From positions 15,713,974 to 15,777,973 of the forward strand of contig OZ316899.1 of NCBI GenBank assembly GCA_973895155.1: a stretch of 64,000 nt of DNA. Reading direction: 5' to 3'. Positions 1 to 12,045 of this stretch are shown here, in pieces. Origin of the DNA: Marsupella aquatica. Taxonomy: Eukaryota > Plantae > Marchantiophyta. How positions within the stretch are numbered: position 1 is the stretch's first letter; every line of letters begins with the position of its first letter. Made by a program: the position numbers and the translations under genes. Below the pieces are notes generated by a model. That model made no database searches and was not told the DNA's origin. It worked only from the letters and a program-made list of their open reading frames with translations.

Positions 1-236
1 AGCGCGCAATCCGCAACATCCTGGATCGCAATTATGTCTACGTTGTCCATCTTTCTTCGCAAAGGATTTGGACCCAAAACACCACTGACAGAAGTGAGCA
101 GCAACAACTTTGAGGAACGAGTTACACGACGTGTATAGACTGAACTAGTAAACGAAGACTGCAAAGATTCAGAATAAGCTCGCTCCTGGTCAGGAACCAC
201 ACTATACCCTCTGGAAGAAGAGGGGAATACCTCCAT
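1..236 (-). CDS. 5' end of an ORF running off the window; probable divergent partner gene of transposase A
   Basis: Open minus frame from ATG 236 to the edge (MEVFPSS...RRKMDNVDIIAIQDVAD). KMDNVDII resembles KMVTVVDVV at the start of the ParB/MTase gene (42867), and the position relative to the transposase is the same. Confidence 0.4.
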   Translation of the reverse strand, partial: MEVFPSSSRGYSVVPDQERAYSESLQSSFTSSVYTRRVTRSSKLLLLTSVSGVLGPNPLRRKMDNVDIIAIQDVADCA

Positions 237-498
237 CGTCTTCCTTCTAGAAGCGTACGAACTATCGTACAATGAAATTATGGAACTATAATCATCTCTG
301 AACGTGTAATATATTCTAGCGGGAGGATGACATAACCTAGAGGAAAGCCATTAGCTCTGATGTTTGGCGGTTTCCAACGTCTGTATACGGAAGGTTTAAT
401 TACCAAAATCAAACGGTAGAAGATGCGTAACACACACGGAAGTCATAAGTTACCGTTGAATGTTACCGTTAAAGACATTTCCTAACATCATATCAATA

Positions 499-3400
499 CT
501 AGCGCCGGGCGCTAGCATTAATGATGACCATCAAGGTGAACAATTTAGAGTATGCTTATAATAGCGCCCGACGCTAGTATAAACTGGAAGAAATTTAGAG
601 GTCTTTTTTGAAGGAGCTATGACATAAATTTCGGCCTTTCCACCCCCATATTTTATTAAAGTATCCTTCAGTACATTGTTTACGGAGAAATATTTCTCAA
701 ATGTAATACTAGCGCCCGGCGCTAGTATAAATGTTCATTTATCATCCATAATCAATCAAAACCATCCTTTGAAGGCACCATTTATTCCCAATTACCACCT
801 GGTATGTGGTCATAATGTTCATTTTAAGGGAATTTATTCTATACTAGCGCCGGGCGCTAGTTTGGAATGTCGAGATTTCAGTTTGGAATGTCGAGACACA
901 TTTTTAGTGGCGTATTTTAGTTAGCGCCAGGCGCTACTAAAATTTGACAATACCTTGTCATATCTTATGGTCTGTTTAAGTAAGGTTGGTGATCTTTTTA
1001 GCAATATGTTCGTGTCTGACATCCGGACTTCTCGGGGAAAAAATGACAAAAATCATTTATGGTGCCAACGGATCCTCCATCGTCTATGTTTTATGTCGTA
1101 TACAAACGGATCGGTTAACGTCAAATTCCCAGGTTCGACAGATATAAGCTGAACAATACCATGAACTTTTCTTCTTTCAAACGCTATAGCCCTCGGTTTT
1201 TGTTTTTGTTCACCATGTCTCGGTCTATCATTCTTTCTCGATTCGGTTCTGAAGATATTGTGACTATCCCCGTCCCCATGGAAGATACGTACAAGCAAGT
1301 CCGGGAGAGGTATCTCTGCGGGAGATTTGATTTGAAGATGAATGACATTGAGGCCATTGTTCGAGAGCTCGAATCCATTGATGATATCGAGGATGCTGCA
1401 ACGTTCAATGTCGATGATGGTGAACGGTTTTGGCATCTCTACGCAGGGATCTCGTACTCGGTTCGTTTAAGACAGCATGCAGGACTGTCCAGTTTCCCGC
1501 CGGTTCCATGTGATGTGGTTGAGATTTCTTCAAGTGAGGATGGAGATCGTACTCTAAGTCCACCGTCGAAGAAGAAAAGCCCGCTCCCTGCTGTCGTGAA
1601 AGCTGAGACTCCGGGAAGCTCTAAGCAGTTGGAGGTCGTGTACCGGCGCAGTGCGATGGATACGTTACTCAAATCAACTGGTCATAGTGAGTTGTCACGG
1701 TTCATATCAGCGGGTCATTTCAAGCATGAACAAGTGTCCTGTCTGCCAACTAAGTACAATGGTAACGTCGTCGCCCATTGATAAGATGCTCTCTAAAGGC
1801 TCTAGGCTTAGGGACATGGATCGTGCCAAAGATTGTTACATTTGGACACGCATATTTCCAACAATTGCAACTGTTCATCCTAAAAACCTTTGGCAGTTTG
1901 GGAAGGTTACCTGTACGGGATTCATTGAATGCAGGAACAAGTCCTGCGACTATTTCCAAAGGAAGAAGAAGGCAAATGCTAAGGCATGGCAGGGTACTCC
2001 AAAGCTCAGTGGTCAGTATGTTGTGGGATCTTTCATCGAAGAGGGAGGTGTTGTTTGTCATTACTACGAACAGATTCCTTTTTGTGTGAAGTATTGCCCT
2101 GCCCGTTTGTTTTACATGTACCCCCTAGTATTACTTGATGCGGAAACATGCAGTCATATGTCCCGCCTGGCAATTCATATAGGTGAGCACAACCATCCAG
2201 GTAGAAAAACCTTCTATAGGAGTGCGGAGAAGATAGCTGAGGATCTAATTAAAAAAAAACATGAAGCCAATCCTCTGTCAAAACCGGCAGGGATCTTGAA
2301 TTCTGCTACAGGGTCCTTAGTGAAATCTCTCTGCGAACATGTTGACGACATGGTCGATATCGAAGAAACTAAAATATGGAAGTCTCTGATGGTCCTTTCC
2401 ACTCCGCAGAAGTTTGCATCTCTTTGTCGGAGCGTTAGGATAGACCAAAAAGGTCGGGGTGAATTAGATTTTCTCTCGCAAATGCAGAGGAGGATTCATG
2501 TGTCGTTTCTCCAGAGGTATTTGCTTCCAGGTCAGGGATGTCAGAACGATAGGCCTCACATCTTTAAAATGACCGTGAAAGGTCACGGTTCCGGTGTGGA
2601 TCTTTTGAGGTAGATGCAACTGGGTGGAAGACTCGAAGGAGCCTGGGTAAGTTTCGATGTGATGCAGCGTGTCACCACGGATTGGTTTACTTTCAGCGCA
2701 CACGTCTACGACCACAATTTCCGTGCACTGTGTACAATTTTCACATGCAAGTTGAAAGGTGAAGACACTGAGTCCTTCGAAAAGGCATGGAGAGTGATGA
2801 TTGAGGTTTGCAAAGAAAATGAACTTCAGGAGGTTGTCATCCAAGGATTTATGGCCGACAATGCACAAGCTGGATGGAATGCAGTGCGAAATGTTTTTTT
2901 TGGTGGACACCCGGACCCGGAGAGGGAGCGCTCTGATGCATTTCACTTTTATCAATCTTTTCATCGTCATTCCAAGGAAGGAGTACTGGAAGAATGTCAA
3001 TCGGAGCATCGGAGACTTTGGGAGAAACTGAGAAATGCTCCATCATTTGTGGCAGCATACCGGGTGTCCCGAGAGATTGTTGTGTGTTGGCAATCAGGAA
3101 ATTGTGTCCCCAGAAAGCTGAAGATGCTGCAAAGCTGGATACTTTGGTGGGTTGTTCGCTGGCGCCAGTGGGGCAATTTTATTCAAGTGGTAAGGCATCC
3201 ATCTATCTAGACTGTAATGTTCATCAACTTCATATTAGCGCCAGGCGCTGGTTATTTTCTCCATACACGTCAAAACAAGTAGTACAAGAAATTGAAGCCA
3301 ATATGTAGTTAGAATTCAGTATTAAACATTGAAATTGTATTTCAGGCCTGTTCTACATATTTATGTTGCCAGCGCCGGGCGCTGGTAATAGAATACTACT

Positions 3401-5076
3401 TACGGTTGACATTTTTGTATGGCAGAGCAAAAGCGCTGAGGAAGGTGCCTTGATCCCCAACTGTACAGGGTCAGAATCAAGGCATGCGTCCATGAAAGCC
3501 TCGGCTACAAAGAAAAAGGTCGGTCTTTATGAAGCTTGCGAAGTTGACCAAAACCGTGCTCTGTCTCAAGTTGTCGGATACAGTGCATACCGTAAAGGCT
3601 TGAACCGGGGGAAGGGGCCAACTATATGGGAATTGGCGTTCCGTTCCGCCGATCAAGCAGGTTCGCCAAGATTGTTTGAAGAAGCGACTAATATGCTTCT
3701 ATCTAACGCAGCAGAATTTGATTTGGAAAGAAGTACTCCCCTGAATGGAGATATAATGACGAAGTCAACGAAGAGGAAGGGACATGCAACTGGGACTGTC
3801 TCTCCACAAGATTCCCATCGGCATGACACCGTTCTAATAACCACACCAAATACTCGTGGTTTGAAAAGGAAGAACCTGAACAGAACTGACTTTTCTTCTA
3901 TTCCCTCAAGTTCTGATCATCCTGTCACAAAGGTGGTGAATCTCTCAGGTATGGTCACATCAGAGAGTGATACTGATTCACTGGACTATACTCCTCAAAC
4001 AACCCGAACAACAAGATCCTCAAAACCTCCGCTCAGTGCCCCAGCAACACTTCAGAATCAACTTCCACGCACGATTGTGCTAGAGAAGGATGTCCCTCCG
4101 GGCCAGTGGCAGTTGCGACGGACATCGAAGTATGGAGCAGGTCCGCAATGCAATGGTACACTGAATGGGAGTTCGGATCGCGATGAGTGTCGAAATCGTA
4201 TCAAGAAGGTTGGCTTCCATTCGTCTGAAGGTGTTGTCGGAATTGTCGTGAAGGGCCATCGTCTCTTCAGGGGCGAACCCATCTCCGAAATGATTTGGTT
4301 TTGCCCAAACCAAGCGTGTTACAAGAGTCATCCGCGTCGTGGTGTTCAGAAGCTTCCTCCTTTTCCTGACATTTTGCCTGTTCTGAAGGGTACGAGCCTG
4401 TCTCCTTCTGAAATTACATTCCTGGAAGAGCAAGGACTTGTATTAGCGCGAACAACAGGATTGAGTCGATCTGCGCCATCTGCTTTTGACCTCAGGATAA
4501 ATGTTAACGTGTTCCCAAAAACAATAAGGTTTTTGGAGCCGAATCTCCGACTTGGTAGTCGGAATGGGAGGAACTCAAGGCCTCGGTCTAATCTCACTGT
4601 GGGTCACACGAAGCGAATGGAGTCTGCACGACAAGAAGTGATGAGTTTGGATGGGGAATGGAATGTTCAGACCGGAAATGCTTTTGGAAAGCAATTTTGA
4701 ATTCGAACCCATGAGAACCATCGATCACCAAGCACATACTTCGTCCAAATCTGTATCTTCCCCGCTTGCTCTTGTGAAGACTTCTTCCTCCGACATTCGC
4801 GTGGCAAGTCGTACATGCCTTGCAAACATCTATACTGGGTGTACATAAATGTTTTCAAACTTGAGATTGAGGAGTCGACTCTTTGTAGCCAACCTATTTT
4901 GACTTTAGGCGAAGTCAGGCTTGTGCTGGAGAGGCAGAACTTGAATGGCTTATGAGAGAGATCGAAACTGCCCAATAGGTTGTCGTTCAATATAACGGTT
5001 ATTCCCTATTTTGTCTTTTTCCAACGGATATTTTAGTTGTTTTATTGAGACTTTGTTGGTTAGCGCCGGGCGCTGG
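499..5076. repeat. Dispersed palindrome family A, consensus (C)TAGCG-CCNGG-CGCT(A/G)G, 8 copies
   Basis: Copies at 499, 562, 706, 844, 922, 3236, 3369 and 5061. All lie upstream, in the intron (3190-3425) or downstream of transposase A. Confidence 0.9.
1215..4955 (+). pseudogene. Mutator-like (MULE) DDE transposase A with N-terminal Cys/His Zn module and C-terminal SWIM finger; decayed
   Basis: Motifs WVSFDVM, GFMADNAQAGWNAVRNVF...AFHFYQS, TGSESRHASMK (D, D, E candidates) and SWIM ACSCEDF...MPCKH. Frameshift near 1775, in-frame TAG 2611-2613, TGA 4698-4700, GT-AG intron 3190-3425. Confidence 0.75.
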
Positions 5077-5555
5077 TTCTAGGAAACCGGATATTTCATT
5101 GCTTCATTATGTACGTGCATTGTGGAAGAATGACCTCTTGTTTTATTTAAAATGTGTAAGTTGATTAAATTGTCTACTGTCTTCAAAGCCTCGAGGATGT
5201 GATTTGTCATTTGTTTGTGACGTTACAAGGTCCATTTAATCAACTCCTTTAGATTGGGTTCATTTGGACTCCACGATTGACATGTGCTATGGTGGGTCCC
5301 ACTCTAAGGGTCACTATTTGGCGATGAAAATAGATTGATTTGCATGAATGTTTCTTTAGGCACACTCCTAATACCATGTTTTTTATCTTCTACAATAAAT
5401 TGTTGTGTCAATGGAGGATTGATAGTACACTTCATCCATCGGATGGCACAAAATAATTGTTTGTTTTAAACTTTATTGCCCCCCGAAAAATTATGCCATT
5501 AGAGTGGTGGATATGCACCTTAGAGTGGTGGATATGCACGTTATGGTTCAGGTAA

Positions 5556-5654
5556 AACTGGTGACAGGGACAAGCTTATTGGTAACAGGTACAATTTCCC
5601 TGTTAACAGAAAATAAACCCCTGGTAACAGGTTTTCTGTTTTCTGTTTTCTGTC
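5556..5654. mobile_element. Transposon-end-like sequence: TGGTAACAG repeats ending TTCTGTTTTCTGTTTTCTGTC
   Basis: Same terminal and subterminal motifs as the ends at 32754 and 38474. The downstream PMD-like reading frame begins directly after it. Confidence 0.5.
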
Positions 5655-8600
5655 GTGGCTATCATACCCCTACCTCGACGCCAGGATCAAATGTCGAGCT
5701 CGTGCCAAAGGATGAGGATATCAGTGACGGTGAGTGCGTCGCCTATGTTTTGTACTTTATGCGTTATGTACACTGGGTTGGAGCCGCTTTTGAAAGAATT
5801 GGCACTCTTTTTGCAGGGGTCACCCGCACCATATGGAAATCGATGACTCCAAGGAAAATACGTTCCAGCCTGCAATGTGAGCCTGGAATGCATGATTTGT
5901 TGGTGGCAGGAAATCTGGTCAAGGCATTTCAGTTGGAATGACCGCAGGTGGCGATTGCTGGAGTTACCAAATTTGTCCAAGCATTTGACCCAGACACCGA
6001 CAGTTGCATGTTCCGGGGTGCATTGCTGAAATTTGACAAGGAAACAGTGTGAGCTGCATTCCATTTGCCCAATGGGCAATTTGGACATTTTTGAAATTCA
6101 TGGGCTTCCAAGCAATTGGATGCCATGTTTAATGTGCCTTGTAACCACACAAACCCTTGGAGTTTGGACACCCTATCGGATGTGTTCAAGCATTGGCAGG
6201 AGCCTGTGAAGGTTGTAAACAAGCTACTTCTTGGGAAAACAAAGCCCACCCAGGTAACCAGGAAGAACATGTGGGTGTACTGGGCTTCCTGGTGGAGTAC
6301 AATCCCGGAAGAGGTTCGGGCCCAGGATGTTGAATGTCCAACTTTGAAGCCAGACTGGGCTCATTTTGTGTGGGGCTGCTTGAAGGGTGAGATAGTGGCA
6401 TTGAGGAAGCATTTGTCAGATGATAAGCTTCCGAGAATGAAACGGTATCCCTGTTACTGTGGCACGGCTGTAACGCGATTGCTCCTTCACAGTGGGTATT
6501 CCATGAGGGATCTACTTCAAAAACCCAGGAGTGCAAACGATAGTGAGACGCGCAGTAGGCAGAGTGCTAGTGAAGCAGAGAGGCGGGGCCAGAGCGACAC
6601 AGAGGGCGATGTGTGGAAGCATGTGGAGACCGGGACGTCCCATGACGATGAGCATTCATACGGACATTTGTGTGGGGAAAGATCTGAGCATACCACGCAA
6701 AATATTCACTATGATCAGGCGGCCAGTTCGCCGTCAATGGGCAGCAGGATGCCAGACTGCATGCAAGTTGTCTATGATCAAATAAAACAAATTCAAGAAT
6801 GCAGTGGAGTGTTTGCTTTCAAATTGAAGGAGCAACAAAGAAAGATTGCGGATTTTCAAAGCAATGTCGGACATGTGTTCGCGGAATGCAACTGGATGCT
6901 GAATAAAACTGCCGTGTTCTATGTCAGTGGCGGGAGCCCGCGCGTGGGTCTTCTATCGACCAAAGTTGCACAAAGGATGACGCCGGATGCAACTCTGCAA
7001 TGTTCTGCACAAAATGCACATGTCGCAGCTGAGTCATTGGAATGCACCATGGAGCTTCATGAAATTGTTGTGTTTCATGACAGTCCCGGGGACCCGTGCG
7101 TGGCCTTACACAGAACAGATGCACATTGGACAACCAAAGCCTTGACCAAGGCCCGATTTAATAAGGCGTCGGATGCAACTCTTCAATGTTCTGCGCAAAA
7201 CGCACATGTCGCAACTGAGTCATTGGAATGCACCATGGAGCTTCATGAAACTGCTGTGTTTCATGATAGTCCCAAGGACCCGCGCGTGGCCTCACACAGG
7301 ACAGATGCACACTGGACGACCGGAGCCTCGACCGAGGCCCAATTTAATAAGGCGCCGGATGCAACTCTACAATGTGCTACGCAAAACGCACATGTCGCAA
7401 CTGAGTCGTTGGAATGCACCATGGAGCTTCATGAAACTGCTGTGTTTCATGACAGTCCCGAGGACCCGCGTGTGGCCTCACATAGAACAGATGCACACTG
7501 GACGGCAAGAGCCTCCACCGAGGCCCAACTTAATAAGGCGCAGGAAGCAACTCTACAATGTTCTGTGCAAAATGCACATGTCGCAGCTGAGTCGTTGGAA
7601 TGCACCATGGAGCTTCATGAAATTGCTATGTTTCATGATAGTCCTGAGGACCCGCGCGTGGCCTTGCACAGGACTGACAGAGATTGTGAACCAGAACCCG
7701 ATTTCCTACCATTGAGGTCAAATGCGGCTGATGATGGTATACCGGGAGGACCCGAAGAACTACAGTTGTCGGTTGAGACACCGGAGATAAGTGTTGCCAC
7801 AAAAAAAGGACCCTCGACCAAAGCCTTAACGCAAGAATTTAGTAGGGCCCAGGAAGCAATTGGAGCCTTCTAGCAACAATTTAGTAGGGCCCTCGAAGCA
7901 ATGGTGGAAAGTAGTGCACAAGAGCCAATTCAGGAGGAGGCTTGTGCAGGAGATGAAGTTTTTGAGGCAGGTGTAGCAAGGCCAATTGTTGATTCTAGTC
8001 CGGCAATATCAATTGTGGAAGGAATGGAGGTTGATGACACTTGCGTTATACCGACGGGGCAGGTAGATCATCATCATAGTGAATTGACCCGGACTACGAG
8101 GCTCTACACTGCCAGAATTCAAAGTGACTCTTACGTGGCACGAGGTGACTGTGACGTAGAGAATTGTGGAGTGGTTGGGAGCGGGCCACCACCACTTTGG
8201 AAGAGGGTGGAAGAAAGAGAAGAAGAAGTACGCACCCCCCCAAGGAGGAGGAGAAGGTTGGTGCATGTTGTAGGCCCGTGTGGGTCTCCATCCGCCAACT
8301 ATGGAAGTACTCGACCCGCATCTGTTCAATTTGCACCACGCGTACTGGGGTCGACGATGTGTTTAGGCGGTGGCCAACCCACCCGATCTCCATCCAATCC
8401 CTTAGAAGGAAGTGTGACTCAAAGCATGCCACGTCGTAGACAGGCATCTACTCAGGTTCCCCGTGCTGCAGCTAAAATTCCGATTGTGGATTTAACCTCC
8501 TCCGACAATGATGGTTCATCGGATGGTTCATCGGATGGTTCATCGGATGGTGCATTGGATGATTCATCGGAGCCGGAGATGCAGTATGACATAAAATGGC

Positions 8601-11600
8601 CAGATAATCCCGATTACAATGGGAAGGTGACTACTTCAGCCGAATGTGGCAAAGAACTCGTGGATATAGAATCAAATTACAAATGATTGATTAGTTGGTT
8701 GTGTTGTTTGTGTTGAGGTTGCGTGTGTGTGTGACATGTTTGGGTTCGAGGCATTACGTTGAATTTTTTGAGGCCAAGCAACATTTACCCATTTTGCCAG
8801 AAGCACATCGATGGGAGGGACCTGACTGCAAACAAGCAACCTCCCCAGGATACCATGACAGTTCACACTCCTTTGCATCAATGGCAAGCTCTAGCGTGGA
8901 TGACTTACAGGGAGTCACGAACCGATTGTCCATTTGGGGGGATATTAGCGGATGACATGGTACGTTCATACATTCACAATTGCATGATCTGATGGCAACA
9001 TGAATTCCGATTGGATGTCAGTGTTTGCTAACTCGATGTCCAAACCGTTTGCCTGTAGGGCATGGGCAAGACAATCGAGATCCTACAACTGATAGTGACA
9101 AATCGCCGGCCTTGGACAAAGAAATTCCGCGGGATTTTGATAGTATGCCCCACGAGTATTCTCAAGCAATGGAAAACAGAGATACAAACACGGACAACAG
9201 AGAAAGCAAAATTGTCTGTGCTGGTTTACCACGGGAAATCGAGGACCAAAGATATTGCATCCATACAAAACCATGACGTAGTCCTTACGACGTACGGGAT
9301 GGTGGCGCAGGAATCATAGATTACTAGTGACGGTGGTGGATTCATCCATCCAAAGGACATAAATCCACTCTTTGCTTCTCCGCCATGGTTCCAAGTAGTC
9401 CTGGACGAATGCCATCAAATTCGGAATGTGGAAAGCATTGGTTCCAAAGCGTGCTACACCCTACAAAGTCGGAATAGATGGTGTGTGAGCGGCACACCTG
9501 TGCACAATTCCCACATGGATCTCTATTCCTACTTTAGGTTCCTCAGGTATATACCTCTTAGTCAGAAGGAGGATATCCAATCTCTGGCTAAAAAGGCTGA
9601 TGATGGTGACAAGCCTGCAAGGAAGTCCATCTCCGAGCACTTGGCCCGCATTGCCCTCAGGAGGACAAAGGGTATGAACTTTCCCATACTTGTCAATCAA
9701 TACTGCTTTCTACCCTAAACCATGTCTCCCGGATGCAGACTACGATATGGATTTGCATAAGTTGTTGCGTTCCAACCGGTGATGTGATGTGCCAAGTCAT
9801 TATCTTTGTTCCCCCCCTGTCAGCTCAAGCAGGGCTTCTAATCCAATATTGTGTCACTCGATTTGCATGCGTAATGGAACTTTACACCAAAATGTGACTG
9901 TCAGCAGATAAACTGGATTGGCCCCCCCTGAGCGCACAGGTAGTTGAGGTCGGCTTCACGACCCCAGCAAAGCGCATTGCGTACAAAAACCTGGTGCAGA
10001 GTTCTAAAGACGATTGGAAGGTTTAAGCCCCTTCCTTCAGCTTCCTATGCCCAATTACTTACTCCTTGCACTAAAGCAAGTCAAAGCTGGTGTGATTGCA
10101 AATGAAACCGTGAACCCTGAACCCGTATGTTGGCAGATGGTTTTGCCGAGGACTTCAATTTACTACATTTGTTCAGATGTTAGCATTACAATCTTTACCT
10201 TTGTAGTGGACTAATTTTCTTTACAAGATGTGATAGGTGTGTAAATTATCCTCCTATGCTCTTTTGTCGATCTTCTATTCCTTTGCTTTGCGCGACTCTC
10301 AGCTTAGTTCAGTGGCTGATTATAAGCACCTCTCCTTGCTCTGCACGACTCTCGCTTAGTTCAGAGGCTGACTTAAGGTGCCTCATGTTGTGTTGTCATT
10401 TGAGTCGTGTTTCTCAAGGTTTTAAAAGTTGTGCTATCTCTCCACCGTTCCTTTTGTTGCAGGCATATCGGGAAAAATGGAAGCTGGAACGTCCAACACT
10501 TTTTGGCTCGCATTCTTTGCCTAAGGCAAATGGCAGTGCATCCTTTGCTGCCAGGATTTCATGACCAGTACTTGGCAAAAAAAGCCGCACTAGAAGGAAA
10601 ACCAATGCTGCCAAAGAACAAACGCGATACATTGTTACAAATCCATTCTGCAGTCAGTTTTCAAACTTCGTGTGCTTTGTGCAAGGTACACAACTTTCTT
10701 TTTGAAACATTGAACCCGAAATAGTTTTTTTCTTTATTTGTAGCCGTAATGCATGGACAGTTCTGACTTGGTGAATCGTGGGTAGGGGTCGGCAACGGTG
10801 TCACAAACGCGAGTTTCCTACTGCGGTCATGTTTTTTGTGGTCATTGCGGCACTTACATGGACGAGGGCTGCAATTGCCCTGCGGTACATTGTACAAAAG
10901 TCATTAACTCCAAGGAGTTGTATACATACGACGAATTGAAGATCCCCATGGCCGGTACAAAGAAGCCGAGAAAGAGGGGTGTTACCCGAATATCAAGTTT
11001 CGCGGCAAACGCCCCATCCTCGTCAAAGTTTGATTGTCTGCTACAACTCCTATCAGATGTTCCTAGTCACAAAATGGAACAGAAAGAACAGGAAGAGAAG
11101 AGTATAGTATTTTCCCAATGGACATCTGCTTTGGACCTGTTACAGCCACACCTGGAGAAAGCTGGCATCCAGTACAGGAGGTTTGATGGGTCCATGGGCC
11201 ACCACGGCGTGCCGTGGTGATGGAGGAGTTCAGGATGCGCCTGGAGGTGCGTACGTAGGGCAAGTACACCACCGTACTTCAGGTTTAGGGTTGTTCAAAT
11301 TAACTATCGAACCAACTCAATTGACCGGCCTGTTTCTTACATGTTTCTTTGCCGTGCAGGTGAGCGTCATTCTAATGTCCTTGCTTTCTGGAGGTGTTGG
11401 GTTGAACATCGAATACGCCAATCGTGTTTTTTTCCTGGACTCTTGGTGGAATCCAGCAATGGAAGACCAGGCCGTTGGTCGAGCACATTGAATAGGACAG
11501 AAGAAAAAAGTGTACGTGACACGAATCATTCTAGAGGACTCGGTTGAGGAGTCGGTTTTGGAGCTGCAGGTACGTACCGGTTTCTTAAGAAGCTTTCTTC

Positions 11601-11810
11601 AACAATATGCTAGCTTGTATACATAGTTTGCCAAAACCCTAAACCCTTCAAACTCTCTATATTATCGTCCCACTCTTTTGACTGTAGGATATGAAGCGTA
11701 ACATGGCTCAACAGCTCTACGAAGGAGGTGGGGCCGCATTCAGACCTAGTACACAATTTGACGGCGATGTTTCGAGAGATATTGAGTACATATTTTGCCA
11801 GTCCCGCTAA
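5655..11810 (+). pseudogene. RAD5/RAD16-like SNF2 helicase-RING gene with a long N-terminal extension (transposon PMD-like domain, 62-aa repeats, SIM); decayed
   Basis: HQWQALAWM, GGILADDM/GMGKT across intron 8959-9058, LIVCPTS, VVLTTYG, VVLDECHQIRN, SGTP, RING pieces CALC...CGHVFCGHC...CPAVHC, SIVFSQW, GVGLN, WWNPAMEDQAVGRAH. Premature stops at 5939, 7871, 9317 and 11489. ORFs 5504, 6116 and 7901 share one frame; their link to the helicase through a phase-0 intron (~8627-8800) is inferred. Confidence 0.8.
6986..7678 (+). repeat. Coding tandem repeat, 186 bp (62 aa) x ~3.7
   Basis: DATLQCSAQNAHV-type units start at 6986, 7172, 7358 and 7544. Confidence 0.95.
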
Positions 11811-11910
11811 GCACCGACGGGCTTTGGAGTTAGTTGGCCGCGCATTCGCAATATGTACAAAATCATATCACTTGAACTGTAAAAGTTGTTGCTTGCACAA
11901 TCAGGCCACA

Positions 11911-12045
11911 GATTCCCTGGGCTGTGTTGGTCTTATCGATGGTTCTTTGCTTCCCTTACCTAAACGTCCTTTTGCCCATGGGGAATGCTACAATGGGGAA
12001 AGAGTAGATACTCAGTCAATGTGTAGGTGGTCTGTGATCATAGGC
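11911..12045 (+). mobile_element. PIF/Harbinger transposase fragment
   Basis: GCVGLIDGSLLPLPKRP...YNG followed, after a frameshift, by KSRYSVNVxVVCDH. This matches the first-Asp region of Harbinger DDE transposases. Confidence 0.65.

Noticed and set aside
499-936. Clustered palindromes as a CRISPR array
   Set aside because: Repeats are only 15-23 bp, spacing is irregular (63-145 bp), no cas genes are present, and the context is eukaryotic.
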